Positions 1-11,681 of a stretch of DNA of 64,000 nucleotides are shown here, piece after piece. The notes under the pieces were generated by a model. It had not been told where the DNA came from. It made no database searches and saw only the letters and a program-made list of their open reading frames with translations. Position 1 is the stretch's first letter, and every line of letters starts with the position of its first letter. The stretch lies in the NCBI GenBank assembly GCA_009103225.1, contig RHPI01000560.1, forward strand, positions 806,460 through 870,459. Direction: 5' to 3'. Source of the DNA: Chlorokybus atmophyticus (taxonomy: Eukaryota > Plantae > Mesostigma and Chlorokybus algae). A program made the translations under genes and the position numbers.

Positions 1-254
1 CTGTGGGAAGCCCGAGAGCGCCCTATTAGCACGATGCAGATTAAATCTAAACCCAAAACCCCCCGCCACATCTACATGCAGTTCCCTAACACCCTATTCC
101 AATCCCGTAACAGAGGCAGCTATGTGCACAGGCCACCCGAGTAACACCAACCCAATGTTGTACAGAAAATCAGTATTCAATCACTATTCAACAATTAGGC
201 CAACAAAGTGCACCACTATACCACCAAAGCAACATGCATCACACACACACTCAC

Positions 255-371
255 CTGATTATATGCCGATTGATTAAATGACTGACTGCGCCTGATGAAT
301 GGCAAAACGCCGCAAGGCGAGAATGTGACGCCGTGGACGCCACCTACGCCAGCACCACTCTGAACCGCCAT
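255..371 (-). CDS. Possible first coding exon of an unknown gene continuing left of the window
   Basis: ATG at 371 opens 39 codons (MAVQSGAGVGG...SAYNQ) ending at a CAG|GTGAG donor; window position 1 reads ...TTCCCACAG on the minus strand, an acceptor-like end. No recognisable domain. Confidence 0.3.
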
Positions 372-1718
372 GTAACATCCTCAATACAGCCAGCCACAGG
401 AACTTAGCCCACGGCCGCCAATGCTCACCGCCCCGCCCACGCCAACAACAACAACAACTGCGAGCGGGAAACACCGTGATGAAAAGCGCTGATTAACGGC
501 GACGGCAGAACAGTCTACTAACTACATCAGCCGCCGTGTACAACCTACTGTACAAACGAACATAACACACAACACAGCACTGGTTAAACCTGGATTCAAC
601 AGCGCATGACAGCCATATATCGACAGAAGCAAGCACACCGTTGACAAAGATCCATCAGACTGCAACGCCGCGTACCATCGTCACAAAGCATTTATCACAA
701 CCACATGTGCGTCTTTCGACCAGAGTGCAGCGGCTCAATAGCGTGTTGAATGCTGCAGCATGACGGTCATTCCACCACACCCAGCGCTGTACACCTCTGA
801 CCTGACTAGCACAAGCTTTGCCTGAAGACCATTAGCGTCCCGACGGACTACGCATAGTGTAGCCCGCCACGGTTGGGTAGCTGCTGTGGCCCACAGCTTG
901 TGGGTCTTACAAGGCAGCCATTTCAAGGCAGGGTGGAGGGTGTTCGATTCGCATTCAACACTTGGAAATCAAAACGAAGGTACGCTTCCGGCCGCGTGAA
1001 GCATTGGGTGTAAATTCGCCGCCACAGTTACTGTGGGTCTTACCACGCAGCCATCTCTTAAGTGTTTGATAGGCAATCAGCACCTGAAAATGGCCGCACC
1101 TTTGGTCTTTGGCGGCCTACCACAGGCAGTCGGATGCTGTCCATCGGTCAAAATGCACGGGATGATGATGTGAAGTTTATAATCACTCCCCCCCGCCAGC
1201 CAATGACTGCAACTTGCAGCCTGCAAGTTGCAACACGAGTCGTACACTGTGGACGGCCCACGACGGTCCAGATCGCCTGCCGCCCCCCTAACTACAGTAA
1301 GTACTACTTACTAAGTAGTACTACGTTGTACTACACGTGTAACATAGTACATTGTGCTAGTACCTAGTATAGTACGATGTGCTAGTTAGTAGTATACAGC
1401 CTACTCGGGCTATAAGTATCGTCTTTGTCAGTATAAATGCCCTATAAACATAAAATGTTAGGGAACCAATGGTTAACCTAATAAGGTTTAAATTAGATAA
1501 GTCGGGACGAATTTCGAGGAAATAAGAGTCGGGATAAATTAAAATGTGGGAAACATACATGGTCGGGACGGAAGTTTGAGCGTGTAGCCAACACCGACCA
1601 TGTATGGTCGGTGCAAATTTCTTGGGATTTTACAAGTCTTTGTGCTCGCGGCGTAATGGTGCTGTGCGTTTAACCAACATTATGTCGGCCGACGTAACAC
1701 CTTATCTACTAGACCTTA

Positions 1719-2396
1719 TGTGACGGTGCTCGTGCCTTGCTACCTGTGAGTTGGTCCAATCAACAACCCTCTCATCGAGACACGGTATTCACACCAGAAT
1801 CTTGCCCCCTCTGCCAAGCACACACGCGCGCCCCGCCACTCGCGTACGCACGCGCATGCGCTCGAAGCTACACACCGACTTGTGTAGCGCCTTGAATTGT
1901 CACACAAGCAAGCACACACCGGTGGCCACACGCTAGCAACCCCTGCTGGCTACCACCAAGCTTGCACACTAAAAACTAGGGAGCTAAAGGTTGTATTGCA
2001 AATTGTAGAATGTCACTTTTAAACCTACCAGTCTGCACATGCTACTGTCTAGACGATTCTAGCGCTAGACGGAATTAAAGGCTAAGATATTCTTGCAGAA
2101 TCTTGTAGTACACTTTTAGACCTTTCCAACGCATATGAGCAGCAAATCTCCTAATTTGCTGCTCATATGGTCAAGTTATACTACTTGGCGCCAGGCCCTT
2201 CCAGAAATCTGGTCGAGCCCTTCTCGACTGGCCCTCCGTTTTTTGGCACCTTCCGGACTGGTCTTGGGGCCCCGGTCGATATCCGCGGCAGACTCATAAC
2301 TCGCCGATATCCGCCACAAGTCATAAAGAACATGTACCTTACAAATAAGGCCTAAAATGGCCTTGAAAATTACAAAATTTGGCCTTGATCGTTACA
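1719..2396 (-). repeat. 3' LTR of chromovirus family 1
   Basis: Reads TGTAAC...GTCACA on the minus strand, preceded by the PPT at 2397-2410; homologous to 4574-5202, 38513-39001, 40874-41540 and 59219-59856. Confidence 0.93.
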
Positions 2397-2458
2397 CTCC
2401 TCCCCCCCTAGGTGAGCTTCGTCCTCGAAGCTCCCGAGGTTGTCGTCGAGCAAGATAG

Positions 2459-3397
2459 TCACGCACAACATCTTTGAGCATTAGTCAAGTGTGCCTCTGG
2501 CTCCCAGGATGCTTCATGCAACGGATAGCCCTTCCATTTCACTAAAAACTTGCGTACGCCATGCACAAACTTCTCACCAAGCTCCAAAGGTGACAACTTG
2601 TATACGGGTCGATACGGTGGCTTGTGCACGCTCTCAATCAGCTCCACACGGTGGTCTACGCTCCGTGGAGGTGGTAGACTAGATGGAAGTCCGTCCACCA
2701 TGATATCTTGGTATTCTTTAACAAGTTTACATACCTCGGCGTCCATCGTAGCCGTCTTAACATCGTCACTCAGCTCCGGTGCTGACTTTGCAGTGTTTTC
2801 GCGCACCACACACAACCATGCAGCCCTTGCCTTCCGTGGAGACAATAACTTCCTCAATTGCACATAAGAGATTTGGTCAATTGTCATAATACCTGATTGT
2901 GCGTGCCGCGCCTCGATGACGTCCGACGCAGCTTGAATGGACTCTCCACCGTTTTGTTCGATAATGAGCACGCGCTTCTTTCAATTGATGGATGGATTAT
3001 GTTGCCATAGCCACGGTAGTCCCAAAATTCCATCAAACCCGTTTCGTAGGGTGATGCAGCAAAATCGCATGGTCTCCTTCATCTTCCCAATGCGAACACA
3101 CAACTCTTTGGTCATAAACGCAGCGCCATCACCTCCAGAGGGTGGCTCTCCATCAGCGAGCTTCACTTCACCTCCTCGTAATGACGAAAGCCAACCGTAA
3201 CGCCGCGCAATATCAATACTCATAAAGTTGCTGATGGCACCGCTATCAATCATGAGCTTACACTCTCTCCATCGTCCTTGGTCATCGCAAGTGTGTGCTC
3301 GAAGCCCGAAGTACTCTGTTGTCTCCTCATTTGCAGAACTCACCACCGTTGGCGCGTTCATAGCCATCTTCTCTTGCTTCTTTAATGGAAACGTCAC
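2459..3397 (-). pseudogene. Chromovirus pol remnant: aspartic protease, first residues of RT, chromodomain
   Basis: LMIDSGAISNF...DGILGLPWL, then SLPPPRSVDHRVEL...PYRPVYKLSPLEL joined directly to GEKFVHGVRKFLVKWKGY. Confidence 0.85.
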
Positions 3398-3450
3398 AGC
3401 ATCCGCCCGTGCATGAGGCTCCTTCCTATCCCCAGCAGTAGCCTCCTCAC

Positions 3451-4530
3451 CTACTGGGGGAAGTCCTTTTTCTGCTCCACGCCATTTTGCTCCATGGTGT
3501 TGACGCGACGATCACGGTGAGGGTTGCCATCCGGTGTTAGCCTTTGCGTGCTTCGTTTGGAGCATCCGTACGCCAAATGCTCCGTCGACCCACACGCATA
3601 ACACTTGCGCACACCTTTATCTCTTTCACCATGTCCGATGTGCTTTGCATCACTTCCATGTGTGTGTATGGCACCCATCTCCATTGGTGCAGGCCTAGAG
3701 TCAGCTCCACCTCCATCGGCAAGTGCTAAACTTGGTTCTCCTCGTCTCCATGCATGTTGAAAGCCTCCCCGGGGCTGATCACCATGCCTTTGCCTCCAAT
3801 CAGTGTTTCTTGTGGTGGACTTGAAGTACAACGCGTCGAGACGCTCCGCGATGCGTATAGCCTCCGCGAGTGTCTTCGGGTCCCCTAGCTCCACTTCTTT
3901 ACGCCCCAAAGGTTTTAAACCACGTGTATACCTGTCCAACTGCTCCTCCTCGATCATATTGGGTATGGACATCACCAATCGCTGAAACGCGGCCGTGTAC
4001 GCCATTACCGACCCCATTTGCACAAGGGCTGCAAGTTTGTCGCGTGCGGCCTTCACGCTCTCAACGAGAACAAATTGATGTCTGACCTCCAGTGCCAACT
4101 CTTTCATGGTGGTCAATGGTAGCGCCAACCCGTTTGCAACACGCGTACATCGATGCCTCCACTACACAAGTGCTGCACCGTCAAGCAACGTCGCTGCAAC
4201 CTCCACGTGCAGATGCGTGGGCACCTCCGTGAGCTTCAACCAAGACGACACTTGAAAAATCCATTCATCCACTGCATCTCCATCACGTTGACCCTTAAAT
4301 GGCTTGGGCTTTGGCACCTTCACATGCACGCGCGAGCTTGATGCCATGGGAACTTGTACACGCGCCATCGCATGCTCATACGCCTCGCGTTGTGCTTGTG
4401 CCACCGCTTGCGTGTGATGAAGCTCTTCTCTCAATGCTAAGATGGCCGCTTGAAGCTCTTCCATGCGAGCATCCTCCATCTCCACTAACACACTACACCC
4501 CGCTTCCGAATAAAAAGTGTAAACGCCCAC
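3451..4530 (-). pseudogene. Chromovirus gag, split over two frames
   Basis: KPKPFKG...WIFQV, LVQMGSVMAYTAAFQRLV...DRYTRGLK, PAPMEMG and a CCHC zinc knuckle. Confidence 0.85.
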
Positions 4531-4559
4531 ACACTTCCTCTCTCACCTTCGTAAACCGT

Positions 4560-4571
4560 GCTCCGATACCA
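4560..4571 (-). other. Primer-binding site, initiator-Met-tRNA type
   Basis: TGGTATCGGAGC 2 nt inside the 5' LTR; the plant iMet PBS consensus is TGGTATCAGAGC. Confidence 0.85.
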
Positions 4572-4573
4572 GT

Positions 4574-5202
4574 TGTGACGGTGCTCGTGCCTTGTCACCT
4601 GCGAGTTGATCCAATCAACAACCCTCTCACCAAGACACGGTATTCACACCGGAACCTTGCCCCCTCTGCCAAGCACACACGCGCGCCCCGCTCGCGTACG
4701 CACGCGCATGCGCTCGAAGCTACACACCGACTTGTGTAGCGCCTTGGATCGTCACACAAGCAAGCACACACCGGTGGCCACACGGTAGCAACCCCTGCTA
4801 GCCACCACCAAGCTTGCACACCAGATACTAGGGAGCTAAAGGTTGTATTGCAAATTGTAGAATGTCACTTTTATACCTACTAGTCTGCACATGCTACTGT
4901 CTAGACGATTCTAGCGCTAGACGGAACTAGAGGCTAAGATATTCTTGCAGAATCTTGTAGTACACTTCTAGACCTTTCCAACGCACCAAAGATCGCGCCA
5001 GGCCCTTTCAGAAATCTGGTCGAGCCCTTCTCGACTGGCCCTCCGTTTTTTGGCACCTTCCGGACTGGTCTTGGGGCCCCGGTCGATATCCGCGGCAGAC
5101 TCATAACTCGCCGATATCCGCCACAAGTCATAAAGAAATGTACCTTACAAATAAGGCCTAAAATGGCCATGAAAATCACAAAATTTGGCCTTGACTGTTA
5201 CA
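4574..5202 (-). repeat. 5' LTR of chromovirus family 1
   Basis: Near-identical to 1719-2396 apart from an indel of about 45 bp; followed after 2 nt by the PBS. Confidence 0.93.
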
Positions 5203-5279
5203 TTGGCGGTGTGTGCCACTTTGGTCTCTTGCACGCGAGCGGCCCACCCCCGCGCCAAGTGTTCGAGCTCTTAGAAGGA

Positions 5280-7602
5280 CACATGACCGTCTTAAAGAGC
5301 ATCTTTTCAATAACCATACCATGCTGTTCTGATCTATGGCGCGGCCCAGCAGCTGACATTGCTGACCGTCGTTCAGCGTGAAACATGTGATACTGCCTGG
5401 AGAGATCCCATGGCGCGCTTGCGCTCACGTGCGTTGGGTTCCTCCGGTTGGCCTGTGTTGGAATCCAACACCATGTCTTCGTCGTGGTTGCGGATGGCGT
5501 TTGATCTTGGGTAAGACACCAGAGCGGGGAGCGTACGACGTGGTTGACCAGGTTGGTTGCACTTGTAAAAGTGCTGGTGATCATGACGTGTGGCTAGTTG
5601 TGCTGCGCGCCCAGGGTGCAGGATAGCGTCGACGGTGAGATCGTGTAGACGACTGCTGTGCAGGATTTCAGCAGCGAAAAGATCCACGACTGTAGCCAGG
5701 TTGGTCCACTTGGCGCGGACGCGATGAGCACGGGAGCCATGCCGCGCTGCATTGATTTTGAGAGGGTGTCCCAGTAAAGAACACACCTGTCGGAAGCTGT
5801 TGGCCACGTGATGGCGCTTATTGTCCTCGGAGTGCACATTCTTGATGATGTATCCCAAAGGCCTGCACAGCTGGTTGCTCTGCAGGATTTTCATGATACG
5901 CATTAGTTCCCAAAATAGTCGCGAGCGAGAATCACCGAGTCCTTGGTCTCTACCTGCTCTGGAGTGTCCTTGACACTCCCATCCTGCTATCAGTAGGTCG
6001 ATGTTGCCCACCGCCAGGAGGTGATCCGCGGTGATTAAACGGATGTCCTATGGCAGTGCCTTCAGACTGCCTTGCAGTGCCGATAGCGGCAGTCGCTGCG
6101 GGTAGCATTTGTGTAGGTGGCGCAGGTGGTGGCTTAGGGCAAGCTTTGTGTGTGGATTAGGGTCACAGTACAAGTACTTGGTGACCGTCGCGCCGGTGTT
6201 GAGGACCGCGGCGAGGCCACTACCTATACCTCCCAGCGTTTCCAACAGGGTGATGCCTTGTTGTTGACGAAATACATGGAAATCCACTACTCCAGTGGCC
6301 ACCTGGTGTTGCTCCTGGACCGCAGCTTGGTCCTTGTAGAGAGGGACTTGTGAAGTAAGCCATGGTCTGGTCAGTAGTAGATGTGCGACCACCTGTGCGC
6401 GCCAGCGGCGTTCTGCTGGTTTCTGGTGGGCCATTTCTTCAGTGGCATCTTCCTGAGACTCGTCGCATGGGATAGGAGAGTCTTGGTCAGAGTTGTGGGT
6501 GATTACCGCAGCTGATCTGTAAGTGGTTGTCGAAAACGACGTGCGGGTGGCTGTTGCAGCTGACCTGTCAATGGTTGTCAACAGCGTCTTGTAGGTGGTT
6601 GTTGCAGCTGTCCTTCGGTGAGAGCGAGTGCGAGCCACCAGCTCGAGAAGCAGGTATCCTTGAACCTCTCCATCCTCCTCATCGCAATGAGGACGAAACC
6701 ATGCCTTCTCTGTCCAGCAGTCCAGCCCCATGCCAACAAGGAAGTTGAAGTCCTGTCCCAGCAACAGGTCGAAGGATCCTGCATTGGTGACCACACATTT
6801 CTGTATGACCTCGGTGCTGTGGGAAGGGTCCACTCCTGTCAAGCGAATGCAGAGGGCTTGCTTAGTGATGCCAATCACTTTGTCACGGCTGCTGGTTGCT
6901 GTGTCAAGCACGTATGGGCACGGCATCAGCTCAGCGCTGGTGATGCCAAGGTCGCGTGCGAGGTAACATTTAGTAATGACAAGCTGGGCTTCAGGGTCTA
7001 GCATCACACGCTAGAGTGCTCGTCCATTGATAGTGACATGCTTGCCTTGGTTGGCGATCATGGCCGCATTGGCGTAGATGCGCAGCCGCTTTTTATCGTC
7101 GGTAGCGTGTGCGTAGGGTGACCGCTGCTGCAGTCTTCTCCGGTGGTGTCGAGCGCAGTGCGGCAAGTGCCCCTCGACTAGTGGAGTCTTGAGAATCTCC
7201 TAAACCGCGGCTTGGCCCGAACCGTCCTTGTCTTGGCTGTTGGTATACGCGCTGCGGCCTAGGTGCTGGCGGTGCTGCCTGTGGTTGCCCTGATTGTGGC
7301 GCAGGGGGATTGCACCCCTGTGTGGCCGGGGTCATACCTGGCGGCGTAGCCAGTGGTTGTTGGGGAAACCCTGGAGGACCAAGTGTTTGTGGGCCCGCCT
7401 CTCGTGCAACCTGTTCTTCCACATAAGTCCAGTGTACTGCATGAGCCGCCTCCCTGACCAGTGTACCTTCCCATGTGGTTATTGGATTGTTGACTACGTC
7501 GCTCCAACGGTAACTCTGAGGCATGGGCTGGAGATGCACTGCGCGTAGGAGCCGCGCTCTTATGTTGTGGGTGATGGTGGGAACCGTTGGGATCCCTGCC
7601 AT
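5280..7602 (-). mobile_element. Degenerate retrotransposon (probably Ty3/Gypsy) with Pro/Gln-rich gag-like tail, retropepsin and C5 cytosine DNA methyltransferase domain
   Basis: Retropepsin-like RVMLDPEAQ...FDLLLGQDF (about 7010-6750), followed in frame by the methyltransferase motifs listed in the next feature; contains stops and a frameshift; RT is absent. Confidence 0.8.
5290..6260 (-). pseudogene. C5 cytosine DNA methyltransferase (DNMT3-like) domain encoded by the retroelement
   Basis: Motif I LLETLGGIGSGL, motif IV DLLIAGWECQGHSRAG (Cys codon 5975-5973), motif VI YIIKNVH (ENV altered to KNV), motif VIII GSRAHRVRAKWTNL, motif IX EPNARERKRAMG, and motif X QLLGRAIDQNSMVWLL after a frameshift; TAG at 6048-6050. 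Confidence 0.85.
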
Positions 7603-7619
7603 GTAGGCATCCTATCTGC

Positions 7620-7920
7620 CATTAACCACCCCCACTTCTAGCACCATTGTTGCTCGTGCCCGCACAGGGAGGTAAATCTCTGGCTGTTGGACATGCTCGA
7701 AGCATCACACCAGAACTCCTTCCCCAGCTTGGCATCTTCAAGCATAGAGCGCGCCTTCTCCACAAGAGTCCGGTTCAGACGTTCAGCCGCACCATTCTGT
7801 TCAGGTGTATATGGTGCTGTGGTCTTATGCTTGACTCCTTTGTCAGCAAACCAGCCCTTCAAGTGCTGGTGTAAGTACTCGCCTTCTCTATCTGACCTAG
7901 TTGCAGACGTGTATAATATA
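7620..7920 (-). mobile_element. Ty1/copia integrase core fragment
   Basis: SDREGEY...KGVKHKTTAPYTPEQNGAAERLNRTLVEKARSML...FW is the copia rve signature. Confidence 0.9.
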
Positions 7921-8119
7921 CAATAAATGCTGAGCTCAGTATTCATTAGACAAGCTGAGCGAGTCTGTACTTATCTGAGAATTTTGTTCTTGAACCGGAA
8001 GCTATGCTGTTCTGCCGGATCTTTAATCCGGCGCCGTTCTCTCAGACTTGAGCTGGTGCCGAGATTGGGTTTTTTGAGTCTTATATCATTACTGGCACAG
8101 ATTTGTTGAATTATTAATA

Positions 8120-8245
8120 TTGGCACAAACCATTCAGGCCAACATTAGTCCAAGCTTGTGCAAGTGTTGGCACAAGCTGTTACTCTCATGCCATTGCTGG
8201 CACAGCATTTGCCAGTATAAGTTTATAATTCATAGACCAGTAATG
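8120..8245 (+). repeat. Dispersed repeat rich in TGGCACA/TGTGCCA motifs (copy 1)
   Basis: Aligns by eye with 52280-52405 (CCAAGCTTGTGCAAGTGTTGGCACAAGCTGTTACTCTCATG vs CCGAGCTTGTGTTAGTGTTGGCACGAGCTGTCACGCTCATG). Confidence 0.65.
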
Positions 8246-9236
8246 GCATAGTAACTGGCTCAAAATGTTTGTGCCAACACTGGCACGGGTTTGTGTCAGT
8301 ATTGACACGGGGCGCTGGAGCCATGTATACACAACGGAGAAATGGCTAGAGGCTTGATTGTGTTGGACTTGGTGTATCTCATTTGGTGTACTTGGTAGTT
8401 GTATGTAGGTGATACGTCGACCCATGCTGTTTGTGCTCATGTCATGTTTCGTCGTTGACGACCGACGACCACGACGATGACGAGCATTAAGTGAAGGGGA
8501 TTATTATGCTTGTAGCTTGATGTGTCAACTATTGCACTTAGATTAGCTATAAGTGCACATGCTAGATGAACACCATCCCACTCGCAACTAATAAAAATAA
8601 CCAGCACGAGCGCCACGCCATTGCCTTATATTACCGCAACCGCAACGCAACACACGAAACAGACGGGTTATTGACGCTTTTGATATTGTATGCGGCGCAT
8701 TGACAGCGAGCGCGCTCATTTTGTGATAGCTTGTGGCAATACTTATTGAAGTACAACCATGCACCGAAAGCCCCTCAGAAAGCTTATCAATATATTCTTA
8801 ATGCGCTGATTGTACACCCCCCCACCACCACGTACATGAGCAAGCGATGATGTGCATAGACATTTTGTTTAATATGGCTGCGCCCATACACAAAACTGTT
8901 GCATCAAGAGGCATGCTCGCGGCACATGAATGAGAAGGAGTTGCTGTAGCCGCAAAGCACCAGTGTTGTCTCACGCTGACCTTGTGAATATGAGGTCGTT
9001 ACAACGCGCATGTGGGCCAGATGATTTGGCAATATGCCAAGTAGCAGTCGTGATCACTAGTGCGCTGATGTATTAATCGTCGCTGTATGCTCTAAACAGT
9101 GCTTGCACACGGGAGTGCTTATACCTCCAGGTGCGCCAAGGGCTATGCCGACAAATAAACATCCAGTCATGCAACGACCGCGCAGCAACGATCATCCTTC
9201 TTAAGGTTGATTGCCGTGTTTCAATCTCAACTGCAA

Positions 9237-11459
9237 CTACCTGTAAGCCTGCTGCAGGCGCAATACAATACCGCTGTACAGTTGCGCCAAGTTAGACGGT
9301 ATGATGCTGCAACTGGCAGCGGCATTGGTGTTTGCAGAAATGCGATTGTTGTTCAGTGTCACAATCACGTGACTGCCAGCCCTGCAACGGGGGGGACCAA
9401 GAGAGCGCACATAGCGCAAGCAAGCGTGTGCACACACCCTGAGTAGCCAATCGTGTGCCAATGACTGCCAGGGCAAAGCCACCGATGAGGCAATACTGTA
9501 AAGTCATGGCACAATCGCGTCGTTGCCACTGTTCACGAGCAGAAGTGCAACGGCCGTCATTGCTCTCTCCGTGTGCTGAGAAGCAAGTCACTCGACGTCT
9601 TGAACCAACCACAAACCTCGTTGCACACCCTTGTTGACTCGAAACCGCCAGCTGTGGCTGCGGTTTTGTGCAAGAGAGGTTTAGCCCATACCCCTACACT
9701 TTTGACCTACCAAGCTGCAGTGCTTGTTCAGCAGCGAGACTCGTCGCCAGCTGAACGACATCAGCAAGGAACGCTCACGCTCGTTGGTACATACTAAAAC
9801 AAACAAAACATGCAGTACACTAGTGTGTGGCAGTAGTACACAGTCTTGTGGTGTAGTACACAATGTCACTAGCACTACCACTCATCTAATCCAGATCCTG
9901 CTCCAACGACTTTATCCAATATCGGTACGACCGCAGGTGCTGCGCCAGCTGGTGGCGAGTCCGATCCGCAACAGCCATGTCAGCGTGTTCACCCGCGTAG
10001 TCCTCCTCAGCCATCAGCTGCTCGGTGGAGGTGCTGTTGGTGCTATTCTTCTGATGATGCTGCTTGTCCTTCCGCCTCGACGATAGCCGTCACCACGCGC
10101 TCCATCTTGTTCACCGCAGCGGACAGCCGCTCCCGCAAGACGGGGATCTCATTGCTGGCACCTGTGGAAGGGAAGTGGATGTGCGCGTGGATGCGTGTGT
10201 AGTTGTGCGTGCGTGCAAGTGTTCCGTGTTTTTGTGTGTACGCACAGGGGCGTGCATGCATGGGCAAGTGCGCGTTTGCGCGTGCATGTGTGGGTGTGCG
10301 CACACACAAGCATGCATGCATGCACGTGTGTGCGTGCGTGCATGCGTGTGTGCAATCAGTATCAAGGCTAATGTCTCATTTGACTAGTAATGTTGTTGTG
10401 AGCTTTGGCATGCTTACTTGTGTAGCGCTGTGCCAGGCCGGGTGAGGGGCTCTGAAGGTCAATTGCAACAGCGCTGCTGCTGTCTTGCTGGTAATCCCTT
10501 GTTGGTGGTGACTCCACCTCTGCGCAGCAGTAATTAGAACCCTTTTCTCTGCTTGCAAGTTGTTGTTGTTGCTGTTGTTGTTCTGTACCAGAGTTGTTGT
10601 CGAGGTCCATGCGAGCAGCCGTGAGGTGCTCCTGCAGCTTATTTTTCAGCATCAAAGGTACTGCGGCTCTGTGGTTTGCAACCGTCGCCGACAACCGCTT
10701 CACCTGTAAGGGATAACAATCAACACTATCAACCAGGCTGCTTTGCCACTCGCTGTCTTGTTTTGTTTGTTACCTCTTCCTGGAGCTTTTGGCATTTTGC
10801 GTCAGCACCACATGTGGCTATCTTGCTGAGCTTTCGAGTGGTGAGCTCCTCCTCGTCTGGTTACCAGCAATGCAAGCATAGAGTGTGACGTACTGCATGT
10901 GTGTGGGTGGGTGTGTACGTGCGAGCATGCTTACGTGTGCGTGCATGAGACTATCTGTGTGTGGGTGTGCATGTGTGCAAGGGCGCGTGCGTGTATGCGT
11001 GTGTATGTGTGTGGGTGTCCTTTCAATGGCCGCACCTTGGAGGGGCTGTGCACTCTCTACCCGATCCTCCACATTTTCCTCCCGGCCATCTCCTCCCTCC
11101 TCCCGGGGCTCCTTGCCGTCCACAAGGACATTGCGGCGTATCTTGGCAAGGACGGCGGCGGCGACCTGCTGCAGGCGTGAGGCCAGCACCTCAGCGGTTG
11201 AACCCTTGTGCCTGTGGTAATCACCCTCGCTTGAGCCCTGCGCCGCCGCCGCCGCCGCCTCGCCCAGAGCCCTCCTAAGCGACTCCTCCAAGCTCCCCAG
11301 CTCCTCTGCACTCCCCAACGCTACCTTCATCCCCGCCACCTCCACCCCTGCCGCCGCCGCGAGAGAGACATGCCGCCAGAAAGGAGGGAGGTGTGCGCAT
11401 GGGTTTTTCAAAACTTCAAACCCAACATTTTGAAACTCTGATATCTGATCATACGACAA
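9237..11459 (-). pseudogene. Multi-exon gene of unknown function, probably degenerate, head-to-head with CCDC77
   Basis: GC-rich exon-like blocks separated by TG/CA-rich introns with GT-AG ends; in-frame TAG/TGA and a frame conflict near 10045; the 3' part is paralogous to 22720-22950. Confidence 0.4.
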
Positions 11460-11681
11460 GACAGACCCCTTTGCTTGCTGATATCAGCTATGCTCAATCC
11501 CCCTGTATCAAACGGCTAGATGCAAGCAGCTGCGGCGGCGGCGAGGCGAGGTGCGTGTAGGGGTGGGCTGGGGGTGTGTGTGCGGCAGCTCAGGTGTTAG
11601 CTTCGTAGTCGTGAAGTGGCTGCGTGTGGTAGTAATGCCCTCGTAGGATGTGTTCGGCAAGGTGAGGGCAGTCAGTCAGTT

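Larger units (their letters stand above)
1719..5202 (-). mobile_element. Ty3/Gypsy chromovirus, internally deleted (gag, protease, RT stub fused to chromodomain), both LTRs present
   Basis: Direct repeats 1719-2396 and 4574-5202 with TG...CA ends, PBS TGGTATCGGAGC, PPT TAGGGGGGGAGGAG, gag with CCHC knuckle (CYACGSTEHLAYGC), protease IDSGA and chromodomain FLVKWKGYPLHEASWEP. Flanks CCTTA and TTGGC do not form a TSD. Confidence 0.93.
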
